Below are positions 51,277 to 62,400 of a stretch of DNA of 64,000 bases, piece after piece. A model generated the notes under the pieces. That model did not search any database, was not told the DNA's origin, and was given only the letters and a program-made list of their open reading frames with translations. Every line of letters starts with the position of its first letter. Within the stretch, counting starts at the first letter, position 1. The stretch comes from an uncultured Verrucomicrobiae bacterium (GTDB taxonomy: Bacteria > Verrucomicrobiota > Verrucomicrobiia > Chthoniobacterales > UBA10450). The position numbers and the translations under genes are program-made. The DNA is taken from the NCBI GenBank assembly GCA_963726745.1, contig CAVSDR010000006.1, positions 448,001-512,000 on the forward strand. The letters run 5' to 3'.

Positions 51277-52084
51277 GTGACCGCCACTGCCGCGACTGCC
51301 TTCCCCATCCTCGCGGCCGCGGAGCGCGAAGCGCTTCCGCTGGTGGTTTCGCTGCACGACGTGGCCCCGGCGACGCAGCCCGCGTGCGAGAAAATGCTGG
51401 CTGACCTCGCACGCTGCGGCGTGCGCGTGACCTCGCTCCTGGTCGTGCCCGATTACCATCATCGCGGAAAGGCGACCGCCGATCGCGATTTCCTCCAATG
51501 GCTGCGCGACCTCGAGGCCGCCGGGCACGAGATCGTGATTCACGGCTATTTCCATCAGCGCCCACGCGCGGCCCACGAGTCGTTAGGCGACAAGTTCATC
51601 ACCCGCGCCTACACCAGCGACGAGGGCGAGTTTTACGATCTCGACTACGAGGAAGCCTTCGCCCGGATCACGCGGGCGCGGGAGGAATTCACAGCAGGCC
51701 GGGCTGCAGCCGCGCGGCTTCATCGCCCCGGCCTGGCTCTTGAGCGCGGCGGGCGAGCGCGCGGCGCGCGATGCGGAAATGGAATACACCACCCGCCTAA
51801 CGAACGTGCGCGATCTTCGCCGCGGGGCGACCTACCCGTCGCGCTCGCTGGTCTACAGCGTGCGCAGCGCCTGGCGGCGCGCGGCCAGCCTGCTCTGGAA
51901 CGGCGCGCTCGCCCGTGCCTTGCAGGCTGCCCCGCTCCTCCGCCTGGGCCTGCATCCGCCGGACTATGAGCACCCCGAGATCTGGGCGCAGGTGCTGCGA
52001 CTGGCGGGACGCTTCGCGGAAGCACGCAGGCCCACGACCTACTGCGATTGGATTGCGGAGCAACGCCGGATGGCGCCCCGATGA
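51277..52084 (+). CDS. Polysaccharide deacetylase-like (DUF2334-like) protein (apparent frameshift ~51700)
   Basis: VSLHDVAP, HGYFH, EGEF, GFIAPAW (shifted frame), LRLGLHPPD. Confidence 0.8.
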
Positions 52085-54492
52085 GCCGCTGCGACCTGCA
52101 CCTTCACTCCCGCTCGAGCGATCGCTCGGAGGAATGGCTCTTTCGCCGCTTCGATTTTCCCGACAGCTACTCGAATCCGCGCGAGCTCTACACCGCGCTC
52201 CGGCATGCCGGGATGGATTTCGTCACCCTGACGGATCACGACACGATCGAGGGCGCGCTCCAGATCGCCGATCTTCCCGGCACGTTCCTGAGCGAGCAGG
52301 TGACGACTTATTTCCCGCAGGACCCCTGCAAGATTCACTTGTTAGTCTGGGGAATCACGGAAGCGCAGCATGCGGAGATCGCGCGGCTGCGGGAGAACAT
52401 CTTCGAGCTGCAGGCTTACCTGCAGGCGGAAAACCTGGCGCACGCCGTGGCTCATCCGCTTTACAGCATCAACGGCAAGCTTCAGGCCTCGCACCTGGAA
52501 CGCTTGATCTTGCTGTTTAAAACTTTCGAGGGGATCAACGGCCTGCGCGACGCGCTCTTGAGCGAGCTCACCCTGGAGATCTTCCGCGGCCTAACGAAAG
52601 CAAAGATCGAGGAGCTGGCCGAGCGCCATCAGCTGGCGCCGACGCACGCCGAGCCGTGGAAGAAAGTGCTCGTGGGCGGCTCGGACGACCACGGCGGAAT
52701 GTTTCTTGCGCATGCCTACACCGAGACGCCGCCCGCAGCCGCGCCGGCGGAGTTCCTCGAACATCTGCGCGCGGGCCGATGCGAGGCGCGCGGCGAAGGC
52801 GGTACGCCGCTGGCGCTTTCGCACGGCTTTTACAACACGCTCTATTGCTTCATCCAGGATCACTTCGAGGAGCGCCTGGGCGCGGGCGCGCCGCTCGTGC
52901 AGGGAATGTTTTCGCGCTTCATGGAAGGGCGCGACCCGACCGAATTTTCCCTGCGCGAGAAGGCCAACTTCGTCGCCCAGGGCGTGCTCTCCGGGAAAAT
53001 CTTCGACCTCGCCAAGCCGGGGAACGTTTCCCTGTGGAAAGAACTTTCCGGCTATTTCGCGAAGCCGGAAATGAAGGCGCTCCTGGCGGAGGAAATGGAA
53101 GGCGAAACCTCGCCCGAGCGCCGGACTTTCCTGATGGCGAACATGGTCAGCGAGCAGCTCGCGTTTCGCTTCTTCGAGCAGTTCGTGCGCAAGCTGAACG
53201 CGGGCGACGTCATCGGGAGCATGCAGGCGGTCAGCGGGATCGTGCCCATCCTGATATTGCTTTCGCCCTACATCTACGGCTTCCACAGCCAGGCGCCCTC
53301 GCGCACCTGGCTGCGCGAAGTTTGCCAGCAACTTGCCGGCCGCGTCCCGGCGCAGTTGCAGAACCAAAAGCGCGCCTGGTTTACCGACACTTTGGAAGAC
53401 GTGAACGGCGTCTCCACCACCATCCGCCGGATGACCGCCGCGGCTGCGGAAGCCGGCGAGCAGCTCGTGGTCGTGACCTCGCGCGGCGAGCTCACGGTCG
53501 ACGAGATCCCGATCGCCAATTTCAAGCCGATTGGCGAGTTTGAGCTTCCGGAGTACGAGCTGCAAAAGCTCAGCTTCCCGCCCGTCCTGCAGGTGCTCGA
53601 TTACATCCAGCGCGAGCGTTTCACCGAGATCATCATCAGCACGCCCGGCCCGATGGGGCTGACCGGATTGCTCGCGGCGAAGATGCTCAACCTCCGCACC
53701 AGCGGCATCTACCACACCGATTTTCCGGAATACATCCGCATCCTGACCGAGGACAGCTTCCTGGAAAATCTCGGATGGACTTACATGCGCTGGTTCTACG
53801 GCCAGCAGGACACGGTTTACGTGAACTCCGAGCAGTACCGCCGGAGCTGGCTCGAGAAAGGCATCCCCCCGGAGAAGCTGCAGATTCTCCCACGCGGCCT
53901 CGACCTCGCGCTCTTCGATCCGAAACGACGCGACGCGAAATTTTGGCAGCGCTTTGAGCGCACCGCCTTGCCTAACGAGACCGTGCGCCTGCTCTACGTC
54001 GGCCGAATTTCGCGCGAGAAAGATCTCGACGTCCTGGTCGCGGCCTTCCGTCTTTTGGGCGAAACGGCCGCGCCGGTGAGCCTTTGCTTTGTCGGCAATG
54101 GTCCCTACGAAAAGGCGCTGGCCGAGCTGCTTCCGGAAGCGATTTTTACCGGCCGGCTCGCGGGCGAAGAACTCGCGACCGCCTATGCTTCCGCGGATAT
54201 CTTCGTCTTCCCGAGCACCACCGACACCTTCGGGAATGTGATCATCGAAGCGCAGGCCTCCGGGTTGCCGGCGATCGTCTCCGATGTCGGCGGGCCGTGC
54301 GAACTGGTGACGCATGAGCAGGATGGGCTGGTGACGAAAGCGCGCGACGCGGAAGCTTTCGCCGCCGCAATTCGTCGCCTAACGAACAATCCAGGGGAAC
54401 GCGCCGAGCTGGGCGCGCGTGCGCGGGCCAAGGTGCTCGACCGGAGCTGGCCGCACGCCTTCGAAAAATTTTGGGCGGCGACCGCAGTCTAG
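52081..54492 (+). CDS. PHP-domain / GT4 glycosyltransferase fusion
   Basis: DLHLHS, TDHD, AHP, GSDDH (PHP); NGVS, YHTDFP, VGRISREK, FPSTTDTFGNV.IEAQASGLP (GT4). Confidence 0.88.
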   Translation: MSRCDLHLHSRSSDRSEEWLFRRFDFPDSYSNPRELYTALRHAGMDFVTLTDHDTIEGALQIADLPGTFLSEQVTTYFPQDPCKIHLLVWGITEAQHAEIARLRENIFELQAYLQAENLAHAVAHPLYSINGKLQASHLERLILLFKTFEGINGLRDALLSELTLEIFRGLTKAKIEELAERHQLAPTHAEPWKKVLVGGSDDHGGMFLAHAYTETPPAAAPAEFLEHLRAGRCEARGEGGTPLALSHGFYNTLYCFIQDHFEERLGAGAPLVQGMFSRFMEGRDPTEFSLREKANFVAQGVLSGKIFDLAKPGNVSLWKELSGYFAKPEMKALLAEEMEGETSPERRTFLMANMVSEQLAFRFFEQFVRKLNAGDVIGSMQAVSGIVPILILLSPYIYGFHSQAPSRTWLREVCQQLAGRVPAQLQNQKRAWFTDTLEDVNGVSTTIRRMTAAAAEAGEQLVVVTSRGELTVDEIPIANFKPIGEFELPEYELQKLSFPPVLQVLDYIQRERFTEIIISTPGPMGLTGLLAAKMLNLRTSGIYHTDFPEYIRILTEDSFLENLGWTYMRWFYGQQDTVYVNSEQYRRSWLEKGIPPEKLQILPRGLDLALFDPKRRDAKFWQRFERTALPNETVRLLYVGRISREKDLDVLVAAFRLLGETAAPVSLCFVGNGPYEKALAELLPEAIFTGRLAGEELATAYASADIFVFPSTTDTFGNVIIEAQASGLPAIVSDVGGPCELVTHEQDGLVTKARDAEAFAAAIRRLTNNPGERAELGARARAKVLDRSWPHAFEKFWAATAV

Positions 54493-54550
54493 GCGGCGCG
54501 CGAAGTTATTGTGCCGGACGTGCTTGCGAACCGTGTCGGCGATAAAAAAT

Positions 54551-55342
54551 ATGCGCGTAGGGGTTGCCTGTTTTCTCTGCTGCCTGGCCGTCCTCCCGGT
54601 CCGAGCGGATGAAGCCGTGCGCCAGGTGCAGGAGGAATTGCGCCGGCGGAACCTCTACTTTGGCGACATCGATGGGCAGGATTCGCCGAATGTGGCCAAC
54701 GCGCTCAAGCGTTACCAGGCGCGAAAAGGCTTCGCGGCCACCGGCGCGCTCGATGCCGAGACCGCACGCTCGCTCGATCTCGAGGTGGAACGCGTCCTCC
54801 CGGTGGCCGCAGCCGTCCTGCCGGACGTGCCGGTGCTGAAAAGCGACAACGCGCGCGCCTTGCCGGAACCCGAGCAGCAACTCCTGGCCGCGCAGGCCGA
54901 GGCCGCGCTCGATGCCTCGCCCAGCCCGGCGCCGCCGGCGGAGGAACCACCGCCGTTGGAAAATGTGAGCGCCGAGCAAATGCAGAGTTATGTGCGCCAG
55001 TATCTGCGCGACAGCGAAAGCGATGACCTCGCGGCGCAGGTGAAATACTTTGCCTACCCGGTGGAATACTTCGACCACGGCGCGGTCGCGGCGGAATTCG
55101 TCGAGCGGGATGTGCGCCGCTACCTGCAGCGCTGGCCGCGACGGAAATACGAGTTGCTGACGCCGCCGACGCTGACCATGGCCGGCCGGACAGGCGAAAC
55201 CGCGGTGCGGTTTACCCTGCGCTTCGAAGTGGAAGGCAACGGCCGCCGGGCGGCGGGGCGCACGGAAAACTTCTGGATCGTGCGCCCGGAAGGAAACGGG
55301 CTGCGGATCGTAGCCATACGGGAACGGCGCCTGCGCGAATAA
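54551..55342 (+). CDS. Peptidoglycan-binding domain protein
   Basis: Signal peptide; VQEEL...YFGDIDG...ALKRYQ...TGALD. Confidence 0.75.
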   Translation: MRVGVACFLCCLAVLPVRADEAVRQVQEELRRRNLYFGDIDGQDSPNVANALKRYQARKGFAATGALDAETARSLDLEVERVLPVAAAVLPDVPVLKSDNARALPEPEQQLLAAQAEAALDASPSPAPPAEEPPPLENVSAEQMQSYVRQYLRDSESDDLAAQVKYFAYPVEYFDHGAVAAEFVERDVRRYLQRWPRRKYELLTPPTLTMAGRTGETAVRFTLRFEVEGNGRRAAGRTENFWIVRPEGNGLRIVAIRERRLRE

Positions 55343-55411
55343 TCCGCGCGCGCCGCCGTCTATCCTGCCTCGCACGGGAGCGAGTGGTCTGGGCGAAAGG
55401 GAGGGCAAGCA

Positions 55412-57604
55412 ATGAAAGTTCAGACCAAAATCAGCCTGCTCTTGGTCGCAGTCGTGGCGACTTTCCTCAGCGGGCTGTTTGCGCTCCGCGCTTACGAGGG
55501 CTTCAAGTTCCGCCACATCGCCGAGGAACGCTTCCGCGAGCGCAACGTCTCCTTCGACGAATTCCTGCAATACCACGGGCAGCCGCTCGAGACGCTCGCG
55601 CGCGACTTCACCACTTGGGACCAAATGGTCGCGGCGATCGCCAGCGGCGACGCGCCCTGGTTTCGCGATAATCTCAGCAGCGCAGTCCTCGAAAGCTTCC
55701 ACGCAAACGCCGCCTGGGTCCTCGGGCCCGAGGGCGCGCCGGTCTTCGCGCTCAACAACCTCAACGCCGGCGAGACGCTCGAAGCTCTCGGCCTGCCGCG
55801 CGCGGCGCTCGGGCAAATCTTCGCCTCGGCAAAGCTGGTGCACTTTTTTCTGGAGACGCCGCAGGGTTTGCTCGAGCTGCGCGGCGGCTCGATTCACCCC
55901 TCGCGCGACGCCGCGCGGGAAACGCCGGCGCGCGGCTATTTTTTTGCCGGCCGCCTCTGGAGCCAGCCCGCGCTGCGGGAGATGTCGCTCTTCACCGGGA
56001 ACGAGGTCACGCTCGTCCGGCCGGCGCCGCGCGTGGGCGCAAATTCCAATAACGAGCGCAATGGCTTGATCGCCTTTTCGCGCGTGCTCCGCGGATGGGA
56101 CGGGCAGCCGCTGGCCGAGCTCGTGGTCCGGAACGAATCGCCCATTGTCCGCGCGCTCAATCGCTCGAGCGAACGCCTGCTCGCGGCGCTCGTCGGCTTC
56201 TCCGTGGCCTTGCTCTTCCTGCTCGCGCTCGCGCTCGTCCTTTGGGTCAGCCGGCCGCTCCGGCGCACCATGGAAAGCCTGCAGCGGAACGATCCCCGGC
56301 CGATCGCGCGCCTGGCGGGGCAACGCTCGGAATTCGGCGCGCTCGCGCGCACGATCCAGAAATTCTTCGAGCAGCGCGATAATCTCGTGCGCGAAATGGA
56401 GGAGCGCCGCGCGGCTGAAGAGGCGCTGCGCCAAAGCGAAGAGGAGCGGCGCCATGCGCAAAAGATGGAAGCGATCGGGCGCCTGGCCGGGGGAGTGGCG
56501 CACGATTTCAACAACTTGCTGACCGCGATCATCGGCTACGCCGAGCTGGTGCGCGGCCGCTCCGGGCACGATCCAGTCGTTAGGCAGCACGCTGATCTGA
56601 TCCTGAAGGCGGGCGAGCAGGCCGCGGGCGTGACCCGGCAATTGCTCGCCTTTAGCCGCAAGCAAATCCTCCAGCCGCGCGTGATCGACCTGAACCAGCT
56701 CGTGCGCGAAATGGAGAAGCTCCTCCGGCGGGTGATCGGCGAACGCTTCGAACTGCGCACCGAGACGGCGGCTTGCGAAGGCCGGGTGTTGGCCGACCCG
56801 ACGCAGCTCGGGCAAGTCCTGATGAACCTGGGGGTGAACGCGCGCGACGCCATGGGCGACGCCGGTTGCATCACCATTCGCACGGCCAATGTGCGGCTGG
56901 ATGCGGCCGCCGCGCGCGCCATTTCCAAGTCTCTCGCCGCGGGCGACTACGTGGAATTTTCCGTAGCCGATAGCGGTGCGGGAATGGACGCGGAAACGCG
57001 CGCGCACCTCTTCGAGCCGTTCTTTACCACCAAGGGCCCGGGCAAAGGAACCGGCCTGGGCCTGGCCACGGTCTACGGCATCGTGCGGCAAAGCGGCGGC
57101 GGAATCACGGTCGAGAGTGCGCCGGGCGCAGGCAGCACTTTCCGCGTTTTCCTCCCGCAAGAGAGCGCCCCGGTCGAGGAAACGCGCGCCCTCACACCCT
57201 CCTCCCAGCGCGGGCAGCACTTCGAAACCATCCTCGTGGCCGAGGACGAAGAGATCGTGCGCGAGCTCGTCTGCGCGGTCTTGGAAGAGGAAGGCTACAC
57301 CGTGCTGTGCGCGCCCGATGCGGCCGGGGCGCTGCGCGCCGCGCGCGCCTATGAAGGCAAGATCAGCCTGCTCGTCACCGATGTCATCATGCCGCAGACG
57401 AACGGCCCGGAGCTGGCCGCGCTCCTCGCCGCGGAACGCCCGGAAATGAAAGTGCTGTTTGTTAGCGGTTACTCCGATACCGAGTTCGCGCACGACCAGA
57501 CACTCGAGGAGCGCACGGAACTGTTACAAAAGCCTTTCACGCCCGAAACCCTGGCGCGCAAAGTGCGCGAAGTGATCGAAGAGCACCAGCATGTCGCTGT
57601 CTAA
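55412..57604 (+). CDS. Hybrid sensor histidine kinase/response regulator
   Basis: Two TMs flanking a periplasmic sensor; [29 protein letters not shown]-terminal receiver (TDVIMP, KPF). Confidence 0.92.
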   Translation: MKVQTKISLLLVAVVATFLSGLFALRAYEGFKFRHIAEERFRERNVSFDEFLQYHGQPLETLARDFTTWDQMVAAIASGDAPWFRDNLSSAVLESFHANAAWVLGPEGAPVFALNNLNAGETLEALGLPRAALGQIFASAKLVHFFLETPQGLLELRGGSIHPSRDAARETPARGYFFAGRLWSQPALREMSLFTGNEVTLVRPAPRVGANSNNERNGLIAFSRVLRGWDGQPLAELVVRNESPIVRALNRSSERLLAALVGFSVALLFLLALALVLWVSRPLRRTMESLQRNDPRPIARLAGQRSEFGALARTIQKFFEQRDNLVREMEERRAAEEALRQSEEERRHAQKMEAIGRLAGGVAHDFNNLLTAIIGYAELVRGRSGHDPVVRQHADLILKAGEQAAGVTRQLLAFSRKQILQPRVIDLNQLVREMEKLLRRVIGERFELRTETAACEGRVLADPTQLGQVLMNLGVNARDAMGDAGCITIRTANVRLDAAAARAISKSLAAGDYVEFSVADSGAGMDAETRAHLFEPFFTTKGPGKGTGLGLATVYGIVRQSGGGITVESAPGAGSTFRVFLPQESAPVEETRALTPSSQRGQHFETILVAEDEEIVRELVCAVLEEEGYTVLCAPDAAGALRAARAYEGKISLLVTDVIMPQTNGPELAALLAAERPEMKVLFVSGYSDTEFAHDQTLEERTELLQKPFTPETLARKVREVIEEHQHVAV

Positions 57605-57971
57605 ATTCTCCGGCCTCACGCTGGCCGCGCTCCTTCTGGCCGGCTGCTCCCGGCGTCCCGAAGCCGCGGCGCCGAGCGCGCCCGTGCGCCGGGTGCTCGT
57701 CTCCTGGTATGAGGTGCCGGAGGACTCCCTGGCGCACCACCGGGCCGAGCCACACGAATTCACCGCGGCCCACAATCGCCTGCCGCTGGGGACGCGCGTG
57801 CGCCTGCGAAATCCAGAGAACGACAAGAGCGTGACCGTGCGCATCACCGACCGGGGCATCCACAACCGGCGGGTCGAGCTCGACCTTTGCAAGGAAGCCG
57901 CGACTGAGCTGGACGTGGTGCACGCAGGCCTGGCGCACGTGGAAATGCAGGAGCTGCCGGCGGAAAAATAG
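57591..57971 (+). CDS. RlpA-like (DPBB) lipoprotein
   Basis: LAGC lipobox; SWY, TAAHNRLPLGTRV, VRITDRG, LDL. Confidence 0.85.
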   Translation: MSLSKFSGLTLAALLLAGCSRRPEAAAPSAPVRRVLVSWYEVPEDSLAHHRAEPHEFTAAHNRLPLGTRVRLRNPENDKSVTVRITDRGIHNRRVELDLCKEAATELDVVHAGLAHVEMQELPAEK

Positions 57972-58442
57972 CTAGCGCACGAAGAGCGCGTAGAGCGGCC
58001 CGGCGGGATTAAGCAGCTCGTGCTTGCCCCCGGCGAGGGCGAGCGCGACCTGGAAAATCCAGAGCGCAACCAGCCCGGCGAGGCCGCCGGCGAGCTGGCG
58101 CGGCGTCAGGCGGAAGTTGCCGCCTAACGAGAGCTGGCGGCGCAGGGCGAGCTCGAGCGCGAGCTTGAAGCCGAGGAGCAACCCCGCGAGCGCGACTGGA
58201 AAAGCCAGCCAGTTGAAGTAGAGCGCGCGGCTGAAGTCGCCGGCTAAAAGATGGTGCAGCGCGCGCGTGGTGCCGCAAAAAATGCAGGGCAAACCAGTAA
58301 CCGCGCCGCAGGTGGGCCGCAGCCAACCGAAGCTCGCCGGCGGCAGCGCGCGCAGGAGAAGCGCGCCCACGGCGAGCGTAAACAGCGCGCCCGCCCGCAA
58401 GGCGAGAGAGGTGCGTCCGAGGTTTTCCGGGAGCAGGCGCAT
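57972..58442 (-). CDS. DUF2752 family membrane protein
   Basis: C...TGLPCIFCGTTRA. Confidence 0.78.
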   Translation of the reverse strand: MRLLPENLGRTSLALRAGALFTLAVGALLLRALPPASFGWLRPTCGAVTGLPCIFCGTTRALHHLLAGDFSRALYFNWLAFPVALAGLLLGFKLALELALRRQLSLGGNFRLTPRQLAGGLAGLVALWIFQVALALAGGKHELLNPAGPLYALFVR

Positions 58443-59396
58443 TTAGGTTTGCACCGGCGGCGGCTCAAGCGGCGGCGCGGGCTCGGCGACCACGAAACTG
58501 GCCCAGGGATCGAAGTCGGCCCCGAACTGGCGCACAAAGAGCAGCGTGTAGCCGGTGCCGAAAACAAAAATAGGCAGCAAGATGACCGTGCCGAGATACG
58601 GGATGGCCGTCAGGCAGCAGGTCGCGCAAGTCGCCAGGCAAGCGACGAGCATCATCGCCAGGCTCAAGACCCAGGAGAACAGCAGGTAAAGCAGGACCGG
58701 CCCAGGTTCCGCGGCGATTGCGCCTAACGAGGCGCGGAAGGCTGCGCTCGCGCCGCAACGCCGCCGATACATGATGGGCTGCATGAAAGCGGCCAGGAGG
58801 CTGAGCGCGATCAGGAGCGCGAAGAGCACCCCGAAAAGCAGGAGCGCGCCCACGACCAGCTCCACGCCTTCCGGCGGCCGCCCATGCAGCGCGGCCGGGA
58901 GCCACAAGGGCGAGCCGGCCACCCCCACGATCACGAGCACGCTCGTAATCACAATCACGAGAAAGCCGAAGTAGCTGTTCCCCTCGCGCCGGAATTCGTG
59001 CCACGGCTCCACGATCGCGGCGCGATTGCGCACGATGCAGTCGATAAAAATGAATTTCCCGCGCGACCCGATCCAGAGACAGAGGAGAGCGATCACGAGC
59101 ACGAGCAGGCCACCGACCGCGATCAACGGAAAGACCCACGCCGGCAGCGCGTCGCCCGCGGTTCCGGCAACCCCGCTTGCGGCCGAGTGATAGCTCGTCT
59201 TCCAATCGCCGCCGCCGGGAATGCGGAAATTAAAGCCGCTGCCACCGCCGCCCGCGAGATGAGAGAGAAAGGCGGCAAAGCCGATCACGAACCATTTCCG
59301 GAGGTCGAAAGGTTCGAGGAGGATGCGCTTGGTCAGCTCAAGCGCGGCATTGAAAGGCGCGAAGATTTCGATCCGGCGCTCGGGGCTTCCATTCAT
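58443..59396 (-). CDS. Hypothetical multi-pass membrane protein
   Basis: PFDLRKWFVIGFAAFL, several TM segments, CATCC motif. Confidence 0.72.
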   Translation of the reverse strand: MNGSPERRIEIFAPFNAALELTKRILLEPFDLRKWFVIGFAAFLSHLAGGGGSGFNFRIPGGGDWKTSYHSAASGVAGTAGDALPAWVFPLIAVGGLLVLVIALLCLWIGSRGKFIFIDCIVRNRAAIVEPWHEFRREGNSYFGFLVIVITSVLVIVGVAGSPLWLPAALHGRPPEGVELVVGALLLFGVLFALLIALSLLAAFMQPIMYRRRCGASAAFRASLGAIAAEPGPVLLYLLFSWVLSLAMMLVACLATCATCCLTAIPYLGTVILLPIFVFGTGYTLLFVRQFGADFDPWASFVVAEPAPPLEPPPVQT

Positions 59397-59499
59397 GCGC
59401 GGCATTTCAGCGGCGCTCCGCGTGCGGCGCAAGCTTTTCGCGGGTGGCCGCCGCGGGATTGATTTTTTCCGCGCCGTCCCGTAAAAATCGCGCCCAGCT

Positions 59500-62400
59500 G
59501 TGGCGCGCTTTTCTCGATCTCGTTGGCTCCTCCTCGCGGGCGCATTGCTTGTTCTGCTCTCCGCGGCTGCGCAGGCCTACGTCCTCCTGCCGTATCGCTG
59601 GGCCGACGGGACGCAGATTCAAATGCACCTCGCGCTCACGCGTTCCTCGGGTCCGCTGCAGGATGGGAGCGTCTCCTGGAATGCCTCCGCCGCGGATGCG
59701 CTCGCCCTTTGGAATCAAAACCTCGGCCAGGTGCGCCTGGTCGATGCCGGGCCGGCCAGCGCCGCGGCCAATGACGGGGCCAACACGGTCGCCTTCGCGA
59801 GCACGGTCTACGGCCAAAGCTGGGGCGGAAACACCCTCGCAGTGACCTTGAATTACTCTCCCAGTGGCGCCTTTTTCACCGAGACCGATGTGCTCTTCAA
59901 TAGCGCGCGCAACTGGGATTCCTACCGCGGCGACCTGCAGGGTTCCGGCCCCGGCGGGACCTACGATCTCCACCGCGTAGCCTTGCATGAATTTGGCCAC
60001 GTCCTCGGCCTGGATCATCCGGATGAACATGGCCAGCCCGGCCGGGTGGCGATGATGAACTCGATCATCAGCAATCTCGATCACCTGGCCGATGACGACC
60101 TCGCCGGCGCGCGCGCGCTTTATGCCGCGGTCATCACCAGCACCCTCAGCTCGCAAACGGTGCGCAGCGGCGACGCATTTGCCTACCAGATCCGGGCGAA
60201 CAACTCGCCCACAAGCTTCCGCGCGGAGGGTCTGCCCCCGGGGATGCAGGTCGACCCGGCCAGCGGCTTGATCAGCGGCCGCTGCCCGACAAGCGGCCTT
60301 TTCACCGTCGACCTCACGGCCGAGAATGCCAGCGGCGGGACGGCTACCGGGCGTTTCCTGCTGCAAGTCCTCCCCTACCCCCTAACGAGTGCCAGCCGGC
60401 CCGCGCCCACGCTCCTCGGCAGCGCGTTTGCCTACCAGATCACCGCGCCGAATAACCCCACCAGCTTCAGCAGCAGCGCGCTTCCCGAGGGCCTCGCGCT
60501 CGACCCGGCCACGGGCCGGATCAGTGGCACCGCGACGATGGCGGGCACGTTCACCGTCCAGGTAATCGCGCGCAGCGCGACCTCGGAAGCGAGCGGCTCG
60601 ATTGTGATCGAGATCTCGCCGCCACGCATCACCAGCCCGGCCACGATTCCAGCGATCGAGATCAACCAAACCTTCAGCTACCAGGTGATGGCGACGCATT
60701 CACCGACCGCATTCAGCGCCACCGGATTGCCGCCCGGCTTCCAGATCGATCCCGCCACGGGCTGGATCACCGGCACCGCCACGAACCCGGGAAACTACAG
60801 CGTGACTCTGCGCGCGGAGACGGCCTACGGCCCGGCGACCTTGCAGCTTTCGCTCGTGATTCTGGTCGGGCGGATCAACAGCGAACTTAACCCGGCGGGG
60901 CAGCCGATCGGCAGCGCTTTCACTTACCAGATCACGGCGACCAATCGCCCGACCGCCTTCCGCGCGCAGCCGCTCCCCTCCGGGTTGCAGCTCGATCCTG
61001 CGACCGGAAAAATCTCCGGCGTGCTCACCTTGAGCGGGACTTTTTCGGTCACGCTCACGGCGCAGGGAAGCGCAGGCGACGTCAACGCGCTCTTGCGGAT
61101 CACCGTTTTCCCGGCGGCTTCGGTGATCCCGTCGACCGTGCCGGAGTTTGAGCTCCCGCAGGTGTTCACGCTCATGGCTGATCCCGTGCGCCCGCGACTT
61201 TACCTCGCCTGTGCGAGCGGGATCGCGGTGGTCGATTCCTTTACCTACGGGCAAATCAAGTTGCTGCCTATGTCCGAAAGGCCGCCGGCGCTCGACCTCT
61301 CGCCGGACGGGACGCGGCTCTACGCGACCGCGGGTTCGCAAGGCGTGATCAAAGTGGTGGACTTGCAGACGCTCGAGTTTCTCCCGGATGTCCCCGTTCC
61401 CGGCCGGAATCTGTGGCAACTGCGCGCGGGCGCGGATGGGATGCTCTACGTGATCGACTACGGCGACACCAGCGCGGTCCTCCAGATCGACCCGGCGAAC
61501 GGCGCCATCGTCGGCGCCCTCCGGCCCAACCCTCCGGGCGCACCGACACCGATCGACACGCTCGTGCTCAGCCCTGATCGGCGGAACCTTTTCGTGGCCG
61601 AGCTCTACCGCAGCACCGGAACTCTCGCGCGCTACGCGCTCAATCCCGGCGTCGCCCCGGAGTTGGGGCAAAAAATAGCCAGCAACATCAATATCCAAAA
61701 GCTCTCGGTCACGGCCGATGGACGCGCGCTGGCCCTGGTCTTCGATGGCGGCAGCTCCCTGCGTTCGGTCGACAACCTCACCTCGGAGATTGGCCGGTTT
61801 CCGGCGCCGCTCAGTCCGCTCGAAATCGCCTTCAGCGCGGACGGGCGGTATGCCGTCCAGAGCTATCGCTCGGATCCGCGGGTGGATCTGTTCGATGCGC
61901 GCTCGGGTGCGCTTGTGCGCAGCGTGGCGCTGCCCGAGGCGCTCTATCCCCCGCCCACGGAAATTTTGCCCGATCTCGCTTTTGACGGGGCAAGCAGCCG
62001 CTTCTTTGTCGTGGCGCCAGGGATTGGAAGCGGCAGCCGCATTTTCGTTTACCAACTCTCCGCCGGGCCGGCTCCGCCCCGTCAACTCCTTAACGTCTCG
62101 ACCCGCCTGCGCACCCAGACCGGGGAAAACGTGCTTATCGGCGGCTTCATCGTCACCGGGCGGGCGCCCAAGCGCGTCGTCCTGCGCGCGATCGGGCCGT
62201 CGTTCGCGCTCGCAGGAAAATTAGCCGACCCGACGCTGGAACTGCACGGGCCCGACGGCTTGCTCGCGACCAACGATAACTGGAACGAACATCGCCAGGA
62301 AATCCTGCTCACGACCGTCCCGCCGACAAATGAGCGCGAGGCGGCGATCGTGGCCACGCTCGACCCGGGCGCTTACACCGCAATCGTACGCGGCTTGGGT

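Larger units (their letters stand above)
1149..62229. repeat. Dispersed over-represented motif GYYGNCTAWWW / WWWTAGNCRRC (about 37 copies by hand count)
   Basis: Copies at 1149, 2073, 3440, 5313, 15605, 15612, 19722, 19940, 20311, 21401, 21615, 22051, 23032, 24339, 24457, 26059, 28301, 28732, 30593, 31873, 34485, 34985, 36248, 36478, 37383, 40411, 42579, 44917, 45638, 47327, 49267, 50409, 57596, 58239, 58568, 61673, 62219. Confidence 0.8.

Noticed and set aside
54506..57493. Long antisense/alternative-frame ORFs (995 aa here; also 26152-28008, 52591-54315, 29120-30601)
   Set aside because: These are shadow ORFs of well-supported genes, expected in high-GC DNA with few TAA/TAG; they show no recognisable motifs.
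60130..61110. ~246-bp periodic repeats as a CRISPR or DNA repeat array
   Set aside because: They are in-frame Ig-like protein repeats that have diverged at the nucleotide level.
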